NCBI GenBank assembly: GCA_040954595.2
Contig: CM082576.2
Location: 9,551,129 to 9,615,128, forward strand
Origin: Balanoglossus misakiensis
Lineage: Eukaryota; Animalia; Hemichordata
DNA length: 64,000 bases
Direction: 5' to 3'
How positions within the stretch are numbered: the first letter of the stretch is position 1; each line of letters starts with the position of its first letter. The notes beneath the pieces were generated by a model that had not been told where the DNA came from, did not search any database, and worked only from the letters and a program-made list of their open reading frames with translations. Of this stretch, positions 1 to 26,900 are shown piece by piece. The position numbers and the translations under genes were made by a program.

Positions 1-706
1 ATTTAAAGGTGTGTCCTTGCTGCAGATCGCCGGGTAAAGGAAGCCATGCTTATAATCGTAATATATCATAATCATAATATCATAACATTTTCGTCATGAC
101 CGCGGCGTAGTCGGTAAATTGAAACACAGTCACGTGACAGTTGGGTCGTTTATACACGGCCGTATATACAGTAACGTGACTGTGAATTAAAAGAATCTAC
201 AAATACGTGTGTATCTTTTTTTATTTTGTACAAACCTATCTTAAGTTTGGCACACCGACCCCAGGGTCAACTGTTTCATAGCGATCGAACTTATACACAT
301 GTAGTGGACTTATAGCTTCAGCCGTTTTACACGACTTGGCATTATAGCACAGCTATACTAGCTCCGGTAGCTAGCATAAGTGACGTAAAGCAAATACAAA
401 ATGATTTACAGCCTCCCAGTTTGTACCCTGACCAATACGACGATAGCTGCTGAACACATGACAAACTTTGTTGACATCCTTCATGATGTGGGGAGCCAGT
501 TTTGACATCCCTAACGTTTATGCGTCAAGCAGGCTGTTCGTCAAGCAAAGTATGCCACCAAGTTAGTATACCGACCGCGCCTTACCCTAATTAGCAGGGT
601 AAGAGCCCTGGGTACTCCGCTCCCAAAATTACAAAATAAAACTCTAAAACTGATTGGTTAAACTTTTACTAGAGGTCATCGTACAATTACTTTGTACTTT
701 TCACAG

Positions 707-3700
707 AAATTTAACTGCTTTAATTTTGGACAAACAAGCAGTGCTGCAGGCGACACTGGCTGTCAGAGAGAAATCGAAGACGATCATGGGGGATGTGACA
801 ATGCGGCCTATATGGAAATGGATCACACAGAAAAGGTAGGTTGCCCGGGGCACTAAAAACAATGTACGCGTATACTATTTAAACATTATATTGTGCAAGG
901 TATATAAACCAGTAGGTCCCTAAATTTGACTGGTAAGTTTCAACGAATCCTTTCAAGCTTGTCTCAGCAGAAGCACAGTCCCTCTAATACAAGGGACTGT
1001 GGTAGAAGCTCCGAGCATGTAATCGACAGACTTCACCTGACGGTCATTTCGGATCATTTTTTGATCTAATTTGATTTTAACAAAGAAATCAGGGATGATA
1101 TAATCACATTTCTCATGTTTACAGGTCCTCAATGTCAATGTCAATGTCCAGGACACCGTTCCGTTACCTGGGCATGACCATGATATCGAGGGGACTCCAG
1201 GAAATGCCAGGTTCTCCCGTCGGGACCAATCGACTGAAGCTGTCACTGGTAACATGCATCCTCGGTCTGTCTCCGAGTACTATGAACACAGTTGCATTAC
1301 TTTAAGTAAACAAGACGAATTTCCGCCAGAAGCAGACGTTGCCTTTGCCGATGGTGAGGATGAAGCCGAGGCACGTAAACGACAAACATGGTGTTACAAT
1401 CCAAGAGACAAGTACGTATCCCAACTCCAAGATGGAGATAGGTCGAAAAGTTTGGACAGGCGAAATACCATTGACACGTCCAGTCTAAGCTCCCTACGAA
1501 AGAAAGCCTCAGCAACCAGCCGAGATAGTGGATACAAGTCATTAACTGAAACAATGTCGTATGATGGGAAAAGTGTTCAAGAGTTTCCAGAAGCGAGCAC
1601 TACTACTTCCATAGGAACAAATAATAAAGATGCACCTCAAGCTATGAATCCATCACCCGGAGAAAATGTTGGGAGAATGCTATACGAAACATGGAAAGAA
1701 AATGATAATGCCAGTTTTCACCTGCACAATGGATGCTACCAAAGAGAAAACTTTGTTGTTGGCAAGTTCGACAGTAAGGGTGGACATCTTCTCCACGAAA
1801 AGAATGGCGTCAGTTTAAGTGTTCCACCTGGCGCGATCCCCGATGGAGAGGTACAAGATATATACATGTACGTAACCCATGACGACGACGAAGATAGCCG
1901 GGGGAATTCAACGATCCTGAGTCCAACTATTTACTGTGGACCACCGTACACCTTCAAAGAACACTTGTTGCTGTCATTTCCCCATTGCGCCACTGAAGTT
2001 CGGAAATGGAATATGGAGATGGAGATGATGCCATCTACTACGGACAGCCAGGGATCGAACACCTGGGAAACTTTGACAGATGGGCCTGGGTCAAAATTGT
2101 TTGTACAGAATAATGTTTGCAAACTCTACATTAATCATTTCACTGGCTTCAGATTAACGGGCTCTGCATCAACAAACGAAACACACGGAGGCGACCTAAA
2201 CCTAGATGAGCAAGCAGCAAGAGATTCAGACGCGGAGGACCATGGGGGAGAACGAGACGACAGCGACCGTCAAACTTACGGTCAAACCGAACCCAAGCAA
2301 AAGGCAATGATGACATTCTGGGATTCCAATTCCATGGAAATAACGTTTACAGTGTACATTGTAGATGACGTGGAAACAATCAAACAGGTAGGAATAAAAA
2401 CACCATCTCGACTTGTTTTATGGGGGTGTACTGTAGGCCTAAAGAGGAACAATCTACGAAAATCACTTTTCAAAGAAACGCCACATATACCATTTTATAT
2501 AATATGTGTATCATTTTCATTCCACATATATAGAGTATTTGTTCGGAAGTATCGCAGCTGGGCAACGGAAAATTAATTGAAGGACCACATTGCCTCTTTA
2601 GTGTGTCACGAGGAAGTGCACGTACATTCCGTCTCAGAATGGCCAGAGAGTCAGGCGACCAAGGCACAATTCACGTACGACCGGCAGAACATGTAAGATA
2701 GCCCTATAATAGTAAACTTATCTGTTAATCACATGTAACTTTGATTCTGTATACTTGTGTGTTACATTATAGACGGATAATTTGCAAGGCCATGCATGCA
2801 TGCTGTTCAGCAGGTGGATTCCGTAGATATATACCAAAAAGGAAATGAAAATCAAACCTTCTTAGTAAGCTAATGTGTGTTTTTGAATAAAATACACACA
2901 TCTGAAATTTTCAGATAATAACGATGGACATGATATGGACAGGAAGATACACCAACAGAGAGTTCATTGTAACCATGGATCCCCAAGACCAATTTCGACT
3001 CAACTGCAATATCGAGTTACAGTGGGCAGAAGAAAATGTTATCAAACCGATCTCAAATTTGCTGATGAACAGATGTCACAATAATGTAAGATTTTTTCGC
3101 ATTCTTAAATTTTCATTCTTGTACTTTCATATCTTATTAGCTTGTTTTCGACAAGCATTTCTTTGTTTTCACTATTCATACATACTATCACTCATGATGT
3201 TTCGATCCACAAGTTATATTATGGCACACATACATACACATTTTATTGCGTTGTTTATTTTATAGTTTTGCAACACTTGCATATATTTTTCTCTTTCGAC
3301 AGGAACGTCTGTCGCCAAGCCGGTATTTGCGGAAATTACAACCAGAGTTAAACGAATGGGGTCGCATTCCGCTAATTATCCCTGAAGACACGTTCTCAGA
3401 TCTGTGTGTGTTACTTGATAACACAGACGATCCTTCTCCGGGACCTGACTGGCGTACACTAGCAGAAGAGCTGGGCCTACCGACAGAGGATATCCAATGG
3501 ATTGGAAAACAGAAAGAGCGTGTCAAAAAAGTGCTGATATTCTGGGAGAATTTGGTGACTGAAAAGACCCCAACGAGAACCAACACTAAAAACCTGGTTA
3601 GTCTCCGACAGCTTCTCAGTGACATTGGTCATGACACAGCTGCAGCATGTCTGGATGGAATACTCAAAGCCAAAAGAGACAGCAAGGACAGTGGTATTGT

Positions 3701-3752
3701 AATACCCGACTTAAGCCTTTCCGTAAAAGAAGACTCAGACATGCATTTCTAA
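707..3752 (+). CDS. ZU5-UPA-death domain protein (UNC5C-like/netrin receptor UNC5 cytoplasmic-type architecture), probably 5'-incomplete
   Basis: Phase-0-consistent GT-AG exons 707-835, 1125-2387, 2534-2692, 2915-3085, 3303-3752 (~723 aa). ZU5 signature GKFDSKGGHL..GVSLSVPPGAIPDG..LSPTIYCGPP..LLSFPHCA..HFT; UPA-like middle exons; C-terminal death domain DLCVLLD..DWRTLAEELGL..IQWI..VLIFW. The start is either the ATG at 812 or an exon upstream of the window. Confidence 0.8.
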
Positions 3753-5805
3753 TAAGTCATCATTTAAAAAAAATGAATGGATTATTACCCACAAAAACCG
3801 ACTCAATACATTGGCAGCGACGATTATTTTAAATCTGTAATGCTAATATTTTATCGATTTCTGTATTTGCGCCTATCTGTGTCACAATTGACAAGATTTT
3901 GTTTGGAGTGGCTGGAATAGTAGTGAAGTTATCTAAGTTGAAAAAAATATGATAATGGTTTTTCTAAAAGAGCACCAAGACAGCATCAGCGTAGACCGGT
4001 AGATGCAGAGAATTGCTGCATCAACTTTGATGGGATGAACTACATCCACCAATCACAAGGTCATGATGGTCCATGTGCAGTGTGTGTCAGGCCGATTAAT
4101 TCCCTTTTTAATATTTAATAAACTTTTTTTAAAGGAATGAGATATTTCCAAAATTCCAACACCAAAATTGGATGACACTTTTATAGGTATTGGTCTAACA
4201 CACAGTCGCTTGGGAATTGAATTGTATACACTGTGATATCACGCCTATGACTTAGAAAAGGGCCCCTAAAGGTGGCAAAAACCTTTGATTTGTATGTATT
4301 GAGATTGTACATAAATAATTGTCAAAACAATCATCATAGACCTAAACAAATAATTGTATAAATAATGTATATGAATAATTATTGTCTATATGCATATAAA
4401 TTAGTCAAATTGAAAATATTTATAAATAATTGTCATTTACAGGTTTTATCTAAATATCGAGATGTTGTATTCAAGTCTGGTTTATGCAGTACTGTTTATA
4501 CATAGTATGCCTTATGTTTAAGACGGACGAATGTAATTTGAAAAGTTTTTTTTTTTTTAGTGTTTAGGCTATTACCATAGACCCCGGCTACAGTGCAAAC
4601 TTTGATTTTCTACAGAATTTTTTCCACTTAGAGCAGTTGCATATTTCCATTTGTCATGTTTAGAGAACTGTGTAATGTATATAAAATTCTGTGCAGAAAT
4701 TTCCTGAATTTATTCAGTGCTTAAATATGTCAATTATTGTTAATGAATATGAAGCTGTAAAATATTAAGACTGTTTTCAGTAATAGTATCTCTCATTCAC
4801 ACCATTTTCTTTGCAAAATGTTACCTACAATTTTAATTCTGGAATCAGAAAACAACAACTCAGACAGCTTTCTTTGAAAGCTTACATTGGCAGCATTACA
4901 CAAGATTAAACCGCATTTTTCATAATATTCAAAATCCAACATGTGTAGATATGATACATCTATTATTACCGGTCTCTTCTTTGTCTATGGAGATATTTGT
5001 TCGTATTTTGGTGAGTGCAGTATACTGCCCTCAGGAGCACACAACACACAATACCACAGTTGCACAAAGGTCACAGGGTCAATTGTGCTTTTAAAGACAA
5101 ACACCCACCATTACTGAACACTTATGCCTCCCTTTTGAGTGTATCATGTTGAAGCTTTTACCTTGAATGATGTCTGTAGCATGTACAAGAATCACAATAG
5201 CCTGAACACCATGGTTTCTGACACAATTGACTTCATGACCTTGTGTGTGAACTATGAAAACAGACAGGTGTACATTGTGTAGTTTTATATGCATGAAAGC
5301 TTATCATCTCACCAGTGCAATGTGTTCTTGTACCCTGCTTGACGCGGGCACTTTTCTTCATTCTAAAGATAGAGACTGACCAAGGTGTCTGAAACTACTT
5401 TGAAATTCCCAGCACTTTTCACACCTATTTTATGGAGTCCTGCACAAATGTTTGTGTGAGTTTAACAAGCCACATCCACAACATGTTGCACTGTTTCATT
5501 CAATCAACATGAATTGATTTACCAGCAATCACTATACTGGTCTCATGATTGATGTCAAATTGGACTAAACTCTAGTCTGAAGATCAACTATGATGAACCT
5601 TCCTTCAATTCATAAAAAGGAGAACAAAGAAAAGAGTAGAGTGTATTTCAGATGGAACACAATGTTTGAACTACAATTCCATGAAAGCCTGAAATGTGGT
5701 GATAGACATTTATTGTAAGAATCTCTTTGGGGTAGTAATGTACTTTTTGATAGAATTCACAAATCTCTGATTATTGTAGTCTGTAGTACTTCATCAGTGT
5801 TGTGT

Positions 5806-19912
<14,107 letters not shown>

Positions 19913-20258
19913 GGTCGTAACGAGTTTTAGAGTAAACGCCCACACCACACGTTTAACACCTGTAAATATTACTCCACTTTACACCTTCAGCTTTCGCTCC
20001 TTCGTCCGTACCGTGTGAACGTGTTCGCAGGTGACCTTTGACTCCGACAAGGTCAGCTGATTGCTTTTTCCCACAATGCATTCATGCAGGGTAGAGGTCG
20101 TCACGCATGCGCTGATTAGTGGCGGACATTTTCGAAATTTTCGAAAAGTGAATGAGCCGACGAACAAGGCTTTGAAGTCCTTCACTTCATCGTGTAAAAT
20201 TATGATTTGGTAGATGCGCGTTTAGGTGAATACGGCCAAATTCTGAAGACAAATAACG
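19913..20258. promoter_or_regulatory. Bidirectional promoter region MTHFD1/KNL1, including a probable non-coding first exon of KNL1
   Basis: Genes diverge here and the region is locally CpG-rich. NRF1-like ACGCATGCGC (20103-20112); GGCGG followed by tandem TTCGAA (20121-20145); TTTGAA at 20171. Donor ACG|gtaagt at 20258/9, with acceptor cctaacag at 20895 just before the KNL1 ATG. Confidence 0.65.
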
Positions 20259-20903
20259 GTAAGTGACCTGAAAATTAACTTTAAATTTTAATGACGTGCC
20301 TTTTCTTACAGCTGTAAACAAACTGGATGGGCGCAATATTTGAAAATGCCTAAGAGTAAAGACCCGCTAACGTACGAAACAATGCAGAAAAGTTCACACA
20401 TCATCATGCAACTTGTTTATCAATATGTACGGTGGGATCATTCAGCGATCCGTGTATCGCCATCATACGTTCACAATTTTCTGGAAACGCGCAAACAACT
20501 GCTGCATGTTGGTATCCAGTGGATGTAAACATTGTTGTCAATGGATTCTGTGCCCGGGCCTTGCCCAGTTTACGTACTGTATCATTACCAGTATCCGTAC
20601 AAACGACCAATGCTGTTGATGGAAGAAAAGACTATGCTTTTCCTGAAAGCTAGCACATTTTATCACACAGATCAAGTACCACACAAAGCACATTCTCTGA
20701 GATTCTCCATCTCCAAGTGCAGTGGTGGCCCCTCCTTCAGTTGCAGATTAGTACATAAATAAACAAGCTGGACCACTCGACAGATGCATGATTCATTATT
20801 TTTTGGTCATTTGCTGACCGATATTCACGGCTTGATAGTAGTTTTCCCCATTCCAATATTATAACACACAGTGTTGTCTGTCTTATTCCTAACAGGGCAC
20901 AAA

Positions 20904-23900
20904 ATGAATCCAAGTACAATTGAAACAGATACCACTGGGTAAGTCAAACAATAACATGACAAGATTTCCATAACATTTATGAGATGGCCCTATGGTGGTG
21001 ATGGGGAAACAGGAGGCATAATTTAGGCCTGTCTTGCTGAGGGTCCCTTTTCCATGTGTATTAATCCTGTCTTTCAGGGGAGATAAAACTAACCCTAAAA
21101 CATAACATATCCCTCTTTACCGGTAATAACAATTTCAATGTTTCCTTAGCTAAGATTTGTTTCAGTAAGGGTAATTTTTCACATGAAAGTGACTGGCTTA
21201 AAGAAAGCTATACCAAAATGCACCTGTTGCTAATATATATAGTATACAGCGTGAATGTTTGAAACAGAATTTCCTTTCTCAAAGTAATGCTTACATTATT
21301 TTCTTTCTAAGATTTAGACCAAGGAAAAGGAAGTCTACACGACGATCTTCGGTAAGTGGCTTTGTCACAGATACAGATTACTCATGGCATTATTCTAAGT
21401 TTACCCATTACCTGAAACCTGTTTACTAACACAGTTACATATAGTATTGGTTCAAGATGAACCTATTGTAACTGTCAATAATGTCATTGTCATAAATGTA
21501 TCTGTTCTTTGGACCTGGTATTTACGTACATCTGCAATGTACTGAGGTTAATATCCACTCCCTGTTTTGTTTGTTTTTTACAGATTTTAAAAGGAGCAAA
21601 ATCTCCAACCAGATCAGCACTTGAAGATCTGGATGCGAATGTAATCTCGGAGAAGAGTAATGGACAGTAAGTAAATAATAGAAGAGCCAGTCAGGTTGTC
21701 ATTGGGGTCCTTGAAAGCCAAATAAGTTAAACACTGCACTGATGTCTTCTGTAAAAGTTGACGTTTACTTTGTTTCAGATTGTTGACAGGATGTACTACT
21801 TTTTTTTCAGGGAATTTCCAAAGCAAAGACGTATATCCAGGAGAGTCAGCTTTGCAGAGACACATGAAGTCAAGTAAGTGACAGTCACTTGCATTTTAAG
21901 GATGTACGCGCAGAATGTAGACTTGAGTTGTGTTTTGATTAGACTAGTACATTCTTATAACTAAAAGCATTCATCGGGTCCAGACCACAGGTGGCTTTTA
22001 ATTTTCGCCTTGAATAAGAAAAGTAGACACAGTGTTTCTTTTTGACTGTTTGTTGTTAGACCAGACAATAATGTATGTGGTTTATCTCCATTTTAGGGAG
22101 TTTTTGAAAGATGCTGATGCCATTGGCTTTTGGCAGAATAGAGAACAGCAAGACGAGGGAACGTCACAGAAAGATGGCAGCACCAATCAAGCTAGCGGGA
22201 TGTAAGTGTGTGCTTCTGTGATATGCAGGGCATGTCATCTTCAAGTCGTGTGGTCTGCATGTCCAGCATTTTATAATTGTGTTGATACTGAGAGTGATTG
22301 TGAAGACTTGAAATGGTTGTTTTGATGATTTATAATAGGTATCTTTGCTAAAATGTAGTGGTGGTTTCATTTTGACACATTGCCTTTTCTCTTGATTTAT
22401 CAGGCTCTCTGACAAGGAGAAGCAGAATTTCCCAGTCAGTAACGTACAACAGCATGCCCCTCCAATACAAGGTAAGAGGTTTTGCCATATCGGATACAAA
22501 CCAAATCTGACTTGAACTATTAAATGAAATATATATGTTAACCCAAGGAAATAATCTTGGCTTTCTGCCTCACAGGTCTGCAGTCACTGTTGTCGGGGGC
22601 GATAAAAAACCATGTGCCCCTGAGTGACCTGACCGAACAACAACAGCCAACCCACACAACAACAAGCTACAGCAGCGCCACCGGTGTCGACTCGCAGCAG
22701 CCGCAAGGCAGTTCTCAACAACGCGAAGAGCATAGCCAGTTCGACAGCTACCCCGGTGTCCAACAGCCACACCCAGGCCATTTTGACAACCGCAGGGTTG
22801 CACACCAACAACAACAGCAAGCGTACACGGACAGAAGCCAGTCTGCCCCCAATAATGCTGAGGATTATGATGGTGGTGGTGGCACAAAAGTGGACTCTTC
22901 TCAGTTCCTGAAGAAATTTATGTCTTCTGGATTCACAGGGGGCTGGAGGTGAGTTTTTTTCTGTTGATGATGACACTTTGTGAACAATATTGTTTGTAAC
23001 ACGAATAAATTTGCAGCTTTTAGAACAGCAAAAACACACTTTCACTGCACTGTTGTAACCCTTCTTTCGCAGAGGCGAAGGTCAAGCTGTCTCACAGACA
23101 GACGCCGCCCCTCAAAATAGGTACCTTCCATCGTGTGACCAGACAGTTCACTTTGATCCCGAGTGTGAAGGTGATATGGACATGACGGCTTGTCACGGCA
23201 GCGCCATGGAGCTCAGGATGTACCAGGGCCGCACAGAAACCAACATAAGTGGGAAACTTAGTCCCCCTTCGAATGACGAACAGACATGCATGTTCACAAA
23301 CGGCGACGACACCGGCCACATGGAATTCACGACATGTGTTAGTGGGCACAACTGGCAGGGCGAGACAAGGTGAACTTTCCCCACGTTTATTTCCCTTAAT
23401 GCTTGTTATTCATGCAATGTCACAAATCACCCAGTAGTGATATGAAACATGAATACATGAATACATTTCCCGTGTTATCACTTGTTATCAGTGTTATTTT
23501 TTTAATGAAGAGAGACACCCATGACCTCATCATATGAACATGTTCTTGCTCTTTTTTTCTGCATTTCACAGAGAAGAAGATCAAGTTGTTTCAAAAGCAA
23601 AGTTTATCCCTCAAAATGACTATCTTGACAAGACAGTTCATTTTAATAGGGAATGCGATGGGGATATGGAAATGACAGCTTGTCACGGTGTGATATCTGG
23701 TGCCATGGAGATCGCCACGGCAACTGCTCAAGGCCGGGTGTCTGCTGGTAGAAAATCACTGCCTTTCTCAACCCAGACTACCGGTCAAGGCGCTGTTCTC
23801 GGTAATACTGGTTCAGCTTTCCAGGATAAGGATTGGTCGACATTTCCAGGGGCGCCAACAACAGAAATGGTGAACGGTAAAAGTTTTTTGCGGAGGTTTT

Positions 23901-26900
23901 CTGCCGGCCAAGCCGTGCCCGACAGGCGCGAAGCAGCGAGTTCCCGGCCTCAGCGCTCCCATCAAGTTGATCTCCGAGGTCAACAGGCTCAGAACGACAA
24001 ATTTTCTGATGCTGACGTAGACAGCACCGTGCACTTTGACAACGCTGGCATGGAAGAAACGAGAGTTGGGTTCGCGACAGACTCGACTGACCCCGATACA
24101 GAAGTCTCCTTTCGGCCAGTTCACAAGAAGGGAGACGGCCAGTCGTTTGGCACGATGACCACGGAGACAGAGTCAGCAAGTGATGCCACCGAGCGTCTCG
24201 ACCAGACAATGGAGCTCACCATGAGGACGGAGAACTTCCTGATTCAGTCGGCATTCACCGGTGTCCTGGAGTCGACCAATGCCATTCTCCATCAGCTCGA
24301 CGAAGAAATTCAGAGGAGTTGTCCGGATGGGGAAAATGGAAGGGCGCAGTGCCACGGCACCAGTGATGAGAAGACGAGAATCTTCAATTCGGGCGAAGAC
24401 ACCGCCTGCATGGAGCTGACCATGCAAACAGGTGGCATTCTGTATCAGAATTCAGATGCTGTCGACAAAAAGAAACAGCCCAAGGATATTAGTGACGACA
24501 AGATGAGAATCTTCAGTTCTGGTGACGACACGGCCCGAATGGAGCTAACCACACATACTGGTAAAATTATACAGCAATGTCACGTGGACGCTGTCGCTGA
24601 TGAGAAGCGTAGCCAGGAACAAAATGACGAACAGACCCGCGTGTTCACGAACGGCGACGATACTGGCCACATGGAGCTCACGGCGTGCGTTAGCAGTCAC
24701 GACTGGCAGGCCGAGCCGACAAAGTCGCCTGGTGACTCCGACGGAATGGACATGACAAAGTGCGTGACCGCAAACATCGCCACATTCGGTGGCAGTCTCC
24801 CAAGTGTGTACAGAAAGGACGACGGGGAAGATGAAAGTGAGCCCCGAGACGAGAAGACAAGAATCTTCGGTTCTGAAGACACCGCTCAGATGGAACTGAC
24901 CGCCCACACCGGCAGAATCTCTTTGTACTGTCACAGGTCAGATTACGCCAGCAGCGAGAAGAAGCGAGCCAAGGAGTCTGACGACGACAAGACGCGCATG
25001 TTCGTGGAAGGTGAAGACGCTGGGCTCATGGAACTCACCTCAATTGGCAGTCATCATTCAGAGGGCAAAAATTCTGCGTCGGATGGTGATGCATACACAG
25101 CAAAGAAAGTCAATCTAGGCCGGAGGCTGTCCCAGATTCCTGCTGCAGACCAGACAAGGGTGTTTAATGCAGACGACCAGACGGCGGCCATGGACTTCAC
25201 CGTGTGCACAGACAGCTACCTGCCGTCAGTGGTGAAATCACGGCGCAGTCTCCCAAGCGAGGACAACAAGGGCAGCGACGATCAGACAAAAGTTTTCGGC
25301 AATTCGGACGACATGGAGATGACGACTCACATGACGTCCAACATTTCCCTCCACGGTGGTGCTCTCACGGGGATTCGCAGAAGAAGCACGAATTTCAACA
25401 GCGGCCAGGACGAAGGGGACTCGCAGGATAACAAGACGAGAATCTTCAACGCCGAAGACACGGCTCAGATGGAACTGACAATGCCAGTCGGGAAAACCAT
25501 AACGTTCAATCAAAACTCGGAAACATCAGCGGAGCGTAGCACCCTACCGAGCGTGAAGTCGGGTGCCTCGAGGGGCACCATGAGAGATTACACAGATGCT
25601 GCTTGTGGCGACCGCAGACAAGTTGAACCCGAGATGCCTTACCAGTCCAAAGACTCTTCACCTTCAGATGAAAGAGCGAATGATCAGCCCGTTGCCGAAG
25701 AACACAGAGCGCAAGAGCAGGCTGATGAGAGGCAGGCCGCTTCTGCCACCAGCGAAGCCGAAAAACCAACGGTCACCGATAAGTCAGCCGATGGGCAGAC
25801 CTGCAAAAGAGACTCTGACACCTTCGTGCTCAGCCAGGGCTCGGACGACTCTGGCACTTTTGTGATCAGCAAGAAAATGAAAGCAGCAACAGCGGGCGAC
25901 GAACAGACTTCGGTCAGCCAGCAGAGCGGGCTAGACGACACCTTCACAGTTGAACCACCGCAGGCCACTGTCGAGCCCCCACCCAAGTCGCAGCCCGCAA
26001 CAAAGGTCACAAGTCAAATCTCTGAAGAGGAGGATGGGATAATGGAGGAGAAATGTGTTGACTTCGAAGACATCACAGACCTGGAAATACATCACCATAG
26101 CGATGCCAACAAGACACTAGGTAAACACAAGTTGCCAATCATAGTCAAGCTGATGGATAGTCTGAGGCAAATTTCAGCATGACCTGACAATAGTTTGGTA
26201 TTTCATCCATAAAAATCTCTTTGTGTTCTTTGATAAAAACGCCTGTTCTAATTTCAGATCTCTCCTCTGTTTACAGATTCCTCCAAGACCATACTTCACT
26301 TGAGTTCAATGAGTGGAGCCGATTGTTCCAGAATCAACCTGTCGATGTCCAGATTAGATGATGACCTTACAAACGAGAGAAAGGTATTTTGTGCAGTCTG
26401 TTTCATTTTCTAGATGACAAACTATTGCGCAAGCTTGTGTTTATGCCTGTTTTTACCAATATGACACATGTAGGTGCCTGTTCAATCCACAGCATTGAAA
26501 TGGAATCCATCAGTTGAAATACACAAATAGATGTTTGTCATAAAAATAGTCTCAGCTGAAGCATATTGAGAAATATTTCATTGATTTTTGGTTGGTCTTT
26601 TCTAGGTTCTTCCCACTGAAGGCAAGATTAACGTTTCTGATTTCCTGGAGCATTTCCGAATATTTCTTAAAAATAAAGAAATCAGTCGCAGAAGTACTCT
26701 TGCGCCAACATGTGTAAGTTTTTTTTATCTTCCTTCTTTCAAATAAGTTTTTTTTTCCCATTTAGAGGTCATACCTTACCATAGAAAACAATGGGTTGGA
26801 CTGAACCATGGTGGTGAAAGTGGGGGGGGGGGGGGTGACTTGTCTGGATGTGGGCATAAAGCAGGAGCTAAAATATGTTATTGAACTGTACGTACATGTC

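Noticed and set aside
581-603. Small hairpin cttaccct-aattagc-agggtaag
   Set aside because: An 8-bp stem alone is insufficient; no tRNA/snoRNA boxes or element boundaries could be established.
2388-2576. C-terminal 60 aa of ORF 1254-2576
   Set aside because: Intron read-through past the CAG|gtagg donor at 2387; the true frame resumes at 2534 in a different frame.
4300-4690. Repeated aaataattgt and TGTAHATA (Pumilio-like) motifs in the 3'UTR
   Set aside because: Expected at this frequency in AT-rich UTRs; not distinguishable from background by eye.
20312-20762. Several 60-76 aa ORFs between the promoter and the KNL1 ATG
   Set aside because: No motifs or clear donor; most simply intron 1 of KNL1.
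23572-25500. CRISPR-like or prokaryotic repeat array
   Set aside because: The repeats are in-frame MELT protein modules in a spliced eukaryotic gene; no constant repeat-spacer structure or cas genes anywhere in the window.
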